From assembly GCF_036321535.1 (NCBI RefSeq), contig NC_087458.1, forward strand, positions 6,014,001 to 6,078,000: a stretch of 64,000 nt of DNA, written 5' to 3'. Each line of letters starts with the position of its first letter. The first letter of the stretch is position 1. The notes under the pieces were generated by a model. It worked only from the letters and a program-made list of their open reading frames with translations. It had not been told where the DNA came from and made no database searches. The DNA comes from Camelus dromedarius (lineage: Eukaryota). Shown here piece after piece: positions 55,871-64,000 of this stretch. The position numbers and the translations under genes are program-made.

Positions 55871-57537
55871 CTATATGGACTCAATTTGCTTCCGGACCTT
55901 TTCCAGAGCCTTTCTGTCCAGCTGTCGGTGACGAACGATGACAAGGCAAGCAAAGACCAAGGCCACACTCACAACAGCCCCTTCAAATTTCCAGAATAAG
56001 TGTTGTTCCATCAGAGCTGAACGGCAGCTGAGGGCAAGAAGAAACAGTTATTTCCAGGGAAGGCCAGACAGCCTCTACCTTTAATCTCCCTCCTGCTTCA
56101 TCCTAACCAAGACATATCTGAAGGGAAAAGAGGAAACCAGTCAGTCTTCTAAGGTGTTTACAGTATCTTAATCCCCCTCAAATATGTAATTTATTTTTTG
56201 GTGAGATAAACAGAGCTGGTATTAACCAATTTTGCTGATGAACAAATATGGCCAAGAATATAGTGCTGAAGAATAAAGGTGGGACTTGGGTTGAAGTCAT
56301 TTGGCTCCAAATCCCCTTCCTTTTCCAATATGCCCTGTTGCCCCTAGACAAAGAGGAAGAGGTGGGACTATCTACATAAAGTCATAGGAGCAAAGGAGAC
56401 GATCTAGGAGGTTTCAAGACAGCACTTACCTTTTGAACTCGTTCCTCTTAGATGAGCTGCATGTGATTTTCTCCACATACCCTGTGGAACCACACTCAGG
56501 GGTGGTTTTCTGACAGGAGAAAAGGACCAAAGCACATGTTAGGAAGGGGCAATAGAAGCAGAAACGCTGCCATTCAGAATGAGCAGGTGCTCAAGTGCTA
56601 TGGCTCAGAGCTGGTAGGCAACGGAGAACTACTGAAGAGTTCTGATGGCAAGGATGAGGCAGTGGTTGCATGATGCGGAATATGTGTTAATGAGAACACT
56701 TCAGGAACAATAGTCTAGGGGAGGTGAGGGCAGGTTCCGGAGTTTACTGGATTAAAAATGAACCGAACACGGTTATTAGCTGAATGTTGCCATTAACTTG
56801 GAAAGGAAACGGCACGTGTTCAGGGGAAAAGACAAATTCAGGTTTGGCCTTAGTAGGAAAGGCCAAAGACAAAAACACAAGGAAAAGGACAAAAAGACAA
56901 TGTAAAAGCACTCTTAGTTAAGACTTAGGGAGGAAAAGGGGAGAGAAGACAGATACTCACAGCCTGGAAGTTAGAACACGGAGCACACTCTTCTGCCACC
57001 ACAAATTCTTCCACCAGCCAGCACGGCAAATTTGAGGTGCTCACTAAAAAGGGAGAGAAATGCAAGCCGCAGGTTTCATTCAGAAAACACTTCTCCGCAA
57101 AGTTCTGCCCATCAACTTCCCAGCCCAGCTGAACGCCCTCATTCCAAGTGATGCCGCCCTTTTCCACCTGTGCTGTTGACACATGGGAGAAGGTAGTAAC
57201 AAAAAAAATAAATAAATAAAAAATAGGGGCATCGGGTTCCCAGACCCATCACCCACCTGACAGCTTCTCCTCCCGCACGGGAGCCTCTGCTTGGCTGCAG
57301 CGGGTGAGGGAGGGAAAGGGGCAAAAGTCAGAAGCCAGAATACAGTGAACCGCCCACCTCCGCGGCCCCGGGACACGGTCTCCCTCAACCTGGGGGGCGG
57401 GAACGATCCGATCCTCCAGTCCCCTCCTTTTCCCAGTCCTCAGCCCCTCCTTACCAGAGCTTTAAAGTGAAAGCGCAGAGCAACCAGCAGAGGTGGCGGC
57501 CCTGGGGGGGGCCATGCCTCCCCGCGCCCGCAGGCAT
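55871..57537 (-). CDS. JTB: Jumping translocation breakpoint protein, 146 aa
   Basis: Exons 57537-57455, 57294-57257, 57043-56961, 56509-56430, 56027-55871 total 441 nt. MPAGAGRHGPPQGRHLCWLLCAFTLKLCQAEAP...CWLVEEFVVAEEC...RKALEKVRKQIESI*. Confidence 0.98.
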
Positions 57538-58400
57538 GGAGTGCTCAGTGTCGCACCTGTCGGGACAGAGGGACCTGCTTGACTGGCCTCGTGCCTCTGT
57601 CGGAACGCAGAGGCGGCGCTTACTCTGCAGTCCTGGGGAGGTTCCAAGTCGGGACTGCGAAATGCTATGGTTGCCTGTCAGTTCCAAGGCTCTATCAGGA
57701 CGGCCCCATGGCCACGGCGAGAAAAGGCAATACGCATTTGCCTGACAGGTCCGTGAGTTTCCCTCCTCGGACCCGTAAGTTCCTCAGGAAAGACCGAGGA
57801 GGCGTAGGGCCTAGCACCCTGTCGGCTCCGCTTCCGCTCCCGGCGTGGCCATCTTGCCCCGCGGAGGATCCTGGGTGCCGGTCGGTTTTCGGCCAGTCGT
57901 CGGAGGCGGAGGTCCGCGAGTTGCTTGATGGGCTTTGTAGTCTTTCGAGGTTGGTGGCGCCGCGCCCGCTGCTCCCTGGGAATTGGATCTCACGGCATCC
58001 GAGCAGCGAGATGCGACGTATTGACGGGGCACACACGCGGTTGCACTATGGTCCTGGTAGTCTTTTGAATCTTTTGAGGGAACAGAGGAAATGTCGGTGG
58101 TGCGGCTTGTGGGCGTTCTCGGTTCCTTACTCCCTGCGCTGTTGCCTGTTAACCCCTCGGCGCTAGGTGAACAGCGAGACACAAAAAGGAACAATGCGTC
58201 ACCCTCTCGGGGCTTTCTTCCCCCCTTAAAACCTTGGGATTCACCATTCAGCATCAGATTTTGACCTCCTTACCCTTTACAGTCAAGGGGAGAAGCTGAG
58301 TTGGCCGTCCAGGAACGGAGGCGAAACTACACTTTCTCTTCTCTCTGGGGCCAGGAATGCCCGAGACCAGCGATGAACGTGAAGCCTTTTCCTGTCTCTG
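57300..58400. promoter_or_regulatory. CpG-island promoter of JTB with several ACTACA-type (ZNF143/THAP11) motifs
   Basis: ACTACAAAGCCCA (-, 57941-57929), CAATTCCCAGGGAG (-, about 57985-57972), ACTACCAGGACCATAGTGC (-, 58061-58043), ACTACACTTTC (+, 58326); YY1-like GCCATCTT near 57848. Confidence 0.75.
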
Positions 58401-59540
58401 GGCTCCCACTCAGCTCTATTCAGATATCACCTTCTCTGATATTAATTGCTAAATCACTCTCCAGAGCCGGACCTTTGAATGACTTCCTCAAATGTTTTCA
58501 GCTCCCTTGCTCCTACATAGTGCAGTAAGAGCATGAGATTTGAACTCCCAAGAAGTGTTGAGTCTAGGTTCTGGTGCTTATTAGCAACATAACTTTAGAA
58601 TGGTATCTGGCTCTCAGTGTTCTGTATAAAATGGAAATGCTAATATGCATTTTCTAGGTTTTGTTGGGTTTGTTTTTTTTTTTTTTTGCAAGGTGCAAAT
58701 GAAATGTCTATGAAAATATTTTATCCTCTTCTAATTCTAATAATTTATCCTCTTCTATGTTGCCTCACAACATTTCTACCATACTTTTTGAATTCAGCAT
58801 TTAGCTCCTTTTGATTCTCAGTAATCCTGAGGAGTCAGTTGGTTATTATCCCTTTTTGTGAATAAACTCAGTGTGTCACTTGTCCAAGGTCAGAGCTAGT
58901 AGGAAAGCTGAGGCGTAAACCTAGACTTTCACCTCCCAGGCTTCAGACTTGTGCCTGCTTTCCCCAGGGAGTCAAACCTTAACATACATCTAGAACTGCA
59001 GTGATCTGACCCACATTCTAGGTTAATGCTTTACTGTCTGGTAACATATCAGTCACTATCTTAATTCTGCCAGAATTTTCCTCCTAGTTTTACATATATG
59101 TATTTCTGCTGTCTCCCAGACAACTGGACCATATGAGTTTAGTTTTCTTGGTTGCTCAGTAGATACGTAAGAGGTATTTAAAAATAAACTTCATATAAAT
59201 CTAGGCACTATTAGTTAATTTTATTAATTAATCTATATCCCACCTCTCAAAATCAAAGCATTTATCCCCATACTTTTTCCTTGTTAACTCTGCTCCACAT
59301 TCTCCTCTCCCAACAAGTCTTTCCAGGCTAAAAAACATAGCCTACTCCCCTCCCCTCCAGCCTTAAGGGCTAGAACACACTATTTTGAGATTAACAGTAT
59401 GTCTGATGCTACATCCCATGAATTCTGTCTTCCTATCAGACTTTAACCTGGCTTCTCAAAAGCAGGAACTGTCAGGCTACAAAGATCATTGGGTGAGAGT
59501 TGAAAAAGAAAAACCCAACACCTAGTGAGGGCTGAGCTTT

Positions 59541-60291
59541 AATTTTGCTTGAAACTATGTATTTGTTCCTTTATTATTTGTCTGTGTGTGTCAATAGTTT
59601 TATGTTATAGAAAGTAGGGTATGACTTTTTTTCCAGTACCTTTTAGCTATAAGAGTTTTGGCCGAAGTCTAGTATTCTGTTACTCCTTTCCCATTCCTAC
59701 TATGTCTTATGACAAACTGAGATCTTGTAAGATCTCACTTCCCATAGCCATACCAAGCAACTGAATAAGATCTCTATGCTCAAACTGGACTTTAAAATAT
59801 CTGCTCTGAGGTATGACAAAGATGTCAATCTTCTTCCTGGATTCACAAAATGCAAGTCTTTCCTCATCTGTTGAGCAAATTAAACTAGCTGGGCAGTTGA
59901 CTACAGAGCTCAAACATAAGCCATAGATAAGGATCCTTACCCCATCAAAGCTTAGATACTTAATACATTTATCAAATTATTTTCTGAGTCCTTCTCCTGG
60001 CACTGTCACTTTTTTGCTGAGTGTTGTCTTTTACCAACAGAAACAGCAGCACAAAAACAAAAAGGCTTTGCTGATGATGAAGGTTGTGCCTTCCACACTG
60101 AAGGCTTGGGGATTTTTTAAATGCCTTGAACATCATATCCATGAATAAAAGTAATGTTTTTTTGTCTAAACCAAATCTGACATTTTCATTATCCTGACAC
60201 AAGATCAAGTCTGTGAGATAATTTTACTGTTTAAAACATGTTGTGTAAGGGCGAATGGGGGCTGCGTATATTTAAGGCGACTGTGTATCAA
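59541..60291 (-). pseudogene. Candidate decayed processed pseudogene, parent not identified
   Basis: Minus-strand order: flank AAAACTCAGGC, short CpG-containing leader, ATG at 60239, broken long frames to TAA at 59707, AATAAA at 59575-59570, 23 nt spacer, A-rich remnant, flank AAAGCTCAGCC (9/11 match to the other flank). Confidence 0.4.
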
Positions 60292-61073
60292 GCCTGAGTT
60301 TTTTGTTGGTGGTTCTGTTGCATGCCAGTAGTTTTGCCTCTTTGTTATTCAGTAGTTAGGAACTGTTTTTGTTGAATTTTACTAGTCCCTCTTCTTGTAA
60401 GTACCACCCAGAGGTTATAGAACATTAACTTGACCGTTGTGCTTGGCATGTAGTAGATGCTCAGTCAATATTTATGATTAAATCAACTTATTCTGTGTCT
60501 CATTTTCCTCATCTATAAAAGCAGATAGTAATGCCACTAGTTACCTAAAGGGATTGCTGGCAGAATCAGAGGTGCCTGCAGAAATCACTGGAGAAAAAAT
60601 ACTGGTTCTACTATTTCCCTGAGGCTAGGGTTGTCACTCCCCTGGGGAGGCCCAGTAAAGAGCCCTTCTCTTTTGGAATCTCCTGGACAAGACTGCCCAC
60701 ACAAGGATCTTCTAAACCCCATGCTGGAGAAAGGATGTCCAGACCTTCAGTTTCAGAGAAACTCTGTTCCTTGCTTTTCCTCACCAATTAAACATCTGGG
60801 GAAGGGAGAGCTGTAGGAAGGGTCTTGGCATAACAGGACCAGATTCAGGCAGATCAACCACCTTAGAGAGGCAAGAATTAGGTTTATGAGTAGAGAGCAA
60901 TTCTGACAATGATGACAGTTACCCAAACCAGGGACATTCGTGCAAATGGTGGCCTTTAATACTGAGAAAGACCATGCAGAGTGACAGGATAGGACCAAAC
61001 CTTCAGAGGGTGGTGCTGAGCCAGCCTCTCTCAGGACCCTAAAGCCTGATTCAGTAACAGAATAAATCAATTA

Positions 61074-61079
61074 TTTATT
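61074..61079 (-). terminator. RAB13 poly(A) signal AATAAA
   Basis: TTTATT on the plus strand about 330 nt past the stop codon. Confidence 0.8.
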
Positions 61080-61405
61080 TACATTTATGTTTGCCCTGGA
61101 AACCCAGAAAAGGCCTGAGGCCTAGGGCCATCTTTCTTTCCTTCTCCCTCTCTTCCTATCTCCTCACCTTTCACTTCCTCAATTCTTTTCCTTCTTTCTT
61201 CTCCTTCCTTCTCTATTCTACCTCCTTTTCCTCTTTCCTTTTCTCTCCTTCCTTTTTTTGTCTCCATTTCCTCCCCACTCTTCCACCATCTGCCTGTCTC
61301 TATCCCTCCAAGCCCCACTTGCTATTTCTCCCCTGCCCAGCCTCTCAGCCCTGCCTCCCTCATGTTCCGCCTCCAGGCTTAGGGTGGGGAGGGAGAAACG
61401 GGTCC

Positions 61406-63438
61406 TCAGCCCAGGGAGCACTTGTTGGTGTTCTTCTTGTCACAAGTTTTCAGGTCAGTGCTGGAGGGCTTGTTGCTGTTTCCCTAGAGGGAGAAGGGTA
61501 CAGGGGTCAAGGTGAGAATGGCTGGCTGGGATCTGGGGCCATAAATGTCAGTTTTTGCTCCCAACACACACTTGTACTTAGCCCAGCAAATCCAACTAAC
61601 TCACCGATCTGCGGCTTCCTGACTTGAGCAAGATGTCCCGGGCCAGGGAACTGAAAGCCTAATGGGGAAAGGAGAGACTGGTCAGAAGAGGTTGGAGGGG
61701 AGGATAAGCCTGTCTTCCAATACTTTATCTCTTTGAGGAGTGGGGGTGGGTAGGTCTCACCTCATCTACGTTCATACTAGATTTGGCACTTGTCTCAAAA
61801 AATCGGATTCCATGCTCCTGAGCCAACTGCAGGGGGTGAAGTGGGAGGAAGAGAGTTGGATGAAGGGCAGCAGCCAAGCCCTCTGCAGTCCGGCCTCATC
61901 CTGGCCCTCCCGGCCCAGTGCTGGAACGTTGCCCAGCCGGCTCTTACCTTATTGGCCTGCTCCTTCTGTACTTTCCTCTTGGCCTCCATGTCACACTTGT
62001 TCCCCAGTAAGAGGCGCTCAACCCCAGCAGAGGCATTCTGGGAGCAAAAGGGTAAGACGGACGAGTAAAAGTTGGGTCCTGCTCATTTTCACAGTCTGCT
62101 TCATCCTCCAGGTTCTACCCAATTCCCCCATCTCTCTGGGAGGGTCCTCACCTCTTTGATGCTCTTCATCCAGTTCTGAATATTCTCGAAAGATTTCTCA
62201 TCTGTGATGTCATATACCAGGATAATGCCCTGGAAAGTGGCAAAGTTCACTTCTTCCCCTGTTTAGGCTTCCTACTGCCCTCTAAGTGACCCTGCAAATT
62301 CTATCCACAAGTCTAACGCTAGGCCATATGGGGCCTTCTGCAACCCATACTGTGCCCTTCCCCGTTCTTCTCTGCCCCAACTCCTGCCCCTCTGTATTCA
62401 TATGTTCTATTGCCTCATGCCTCCTCCCTTGTCCAGAACCACACTTCATACCATGGCTCCACGGTAATAGGCAGTAGTTATCGTCTTGAATCGCTCTTGG
62501 CCAGCTGTGTCCCTGAAGAGGTGGAATATTTCATGGGGTGGGATAGAGGGAAGAGCTCTTGAAATAGAGAATCCCGCCCCCACGTCCTAAGAATTTAGCT
62601 TTTGCAACAAGGGGTGCTGAAAGGAAACAGAAAAGGAGAAAAGGGATGGAAGATAGCTGGGCTGATACTGAGAGATGGCTGAAGCCTAAGAAACAAGACC
62701 TTTCTGTTTTATTCATTGTTTATTCTGTGCTAAGCACTGTGTATGTATCATCTTATTTGTGTCATTTTACCTAATCTTCACTCTATCCTTGTGAGACATG
62801 TTTTATTGTCTCTATTTTACAAATGAGGAAACAGATTTGGAGAGGCCAAATAACTAACGAAGGTCATACTGTAAAAGAACCAGGATTGAACCACATTCTG
62901 CTCTCATCGTATCATAATGCCTCCATTAAGCCTCTTACCATTTAACACCGTCAGGGTTGCAGCTTCCTCAAGTCAGGTCAAACTTTTACACTTGGCTTTC
63001 TGAGCTCTCTGTAATTTAACAGGAGCACCAGACTTAGAGTCAAGGCTTAATTCTGCTACTTGCTATTCAACTGTATAGAGCTTGTTTCCACACTGCAGCT
63101 CAACAGACAATTGTTGCCAAGTTCAGAGAACGCTCTAGAGCCGGGAGAAGCACGAGAATTATATATATATATATAAAAAAAGCTGAAAATAGTTGAGCAA
63201 GCAGGAAAAGCAGGAAGAGAGACAAAAGGACATCTGAGTGAGGTGACAGAAATGGATTAGAAAAAGTGCTGGAAGGAGCAATGGGGAAAGGGAGAAAAAT
63301 GAGGCAAAATAGAAGAGAAAGGGCTACAGGAAGTAAATGAGGAAGCCTGGTTTAGGAATCCTTGGGGATTCACTCACCAGACTTGCAGTTTGATCTTCTT
63401 CCCATCTATATCCACAGTGCGGATCTTGAAATCAATTC
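61406..63438 (-). CDS. RAB13: Ras-related protein Rab-13, exons 2-8 (partial; exon 1 lies outside the window)
   Basis: Exons 63438-63378, 62512-62452, 62229-62152, 62037-61948, 61826-61761, 61658-61605, 61483-61406 total 488 nt. [29 protein letters not shown] motifs; C-terminus [10 protein letters not shown]. Confidence 0.97.
62715..62900 (-). mobile_element. MIR SINE in RAB13 intron 2
   Basis: tctattttacaaatgaggaaacagatttggagaggccaaataactaacgaaggtcatac...gaaccacattctg. Confidence 0.85.
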
Positions 63439-64000
63439 CTAGGGGTGGAGAGTGGACACTGAGACTGAGACGTGTATGTACGTGCATGTGAAAGCGTGTG
63501 CTGAGAGAGACAGGAATGGAGCAGTGGCAGAGATTCTGCAGGGGACGCACCTGGGAAGCAATCATATTGGAACGGTAAAACTAGGAGGATTTTCTCAAAG
63601 CTGTATTTGTATAGCAAGCATATTGTTTTTACTTATATTTTATGGATTTCGTGGGGAAGATGATGATGAAAATTCTGCAGGAAGGTTCAAGGCCTTTAAG
63701 GCAACTTCTTGGATTCACTCAGCCATGCCAGCTGACAACCCTCTCAATTCAATGTCTCCCCCAAAGTATTACTTTCAGATTCCTTTTCTCTTCTGTTTTC
63801 TTAGAACCCTCTGCTCTAGGTTTTCCCACCCACCCTCCTGGCCCTACAGGGTAAAGATCAAGAGCGAGGTAAAAGGTAGCTGATGCCAGTCTATGTGAAT
63901 TAACTAGTAGGCCAGGCTTGAAACCAAGTTTGAGGCCAAACAAGATTCCCCCTGAGACTGAATTCAGCGAGAGGGGCATTTTCCCCGTCCTCTTTCTAAC

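Noticed and set aside
59707-60239. TPRKB, KATNBL1 or an ARL-type GTPase as parent of the retrocopy-like relic
   Set aside because: Short motif resemblances (TLLLFxD, EGT, VVNC, VRILIYGL) exist, but spacing between motifs does not agree with those proteins as I recall them.
1-64000. CRISPR arrays, operons, prophage, rRNA or other prokaryotic systems
   Set aside because: The sequence is spliced mammalian DNA with CpG islands and MIR/L1/L2 repeats; no regular repeat-spacer array or rRNA-like segment is present.

Overview
This is mammalian genomic DNA, not microbial. A Vic-1-like tRNA-derived SINE and cetartiodactyl-type L1 tails point to a camelid. The window is the gene-dense block syntenic with human 1q21.3. 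From left to right: the 5' end of GATAD2B (non-coding exon 1 plus intron 1, minus strand, called by position), then DENND4B (-), CRTC2 (-), SLC39A1/ZIP1 (-), CREB3L4 (+), JTB (-), and exons 2-8 of RAB13 (-; exon 1 lies beyond the window). I rebuilt exon structures by hand from splice sites and reading-frame continuity. Nine N-gaps are present; three hide coding sequence (DENND4B exon 2 end and exon 5, CRTC2 exon 3). I see no wholly new gene system. The most interesting signals are regulatory: a U12 (minor spliceosome) AT-AC intron in CRTC2, a splice-site-anchored hairpin (mirtron-like) and a His-rich overlapping uORF in SLC39A1, a perfect RFX X-box module before the first coding exon of DENND4B, a CREB3L4/JTB 3' overlap switchable by poly(A) site choice, palindromic two-way poly(A) signals, the RAB13 GA-rich localisation element, and an unidentified retrocopy-like relic between JTB and RAB13. 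All comparisons to human or other species are from memory and need checking by alignment.
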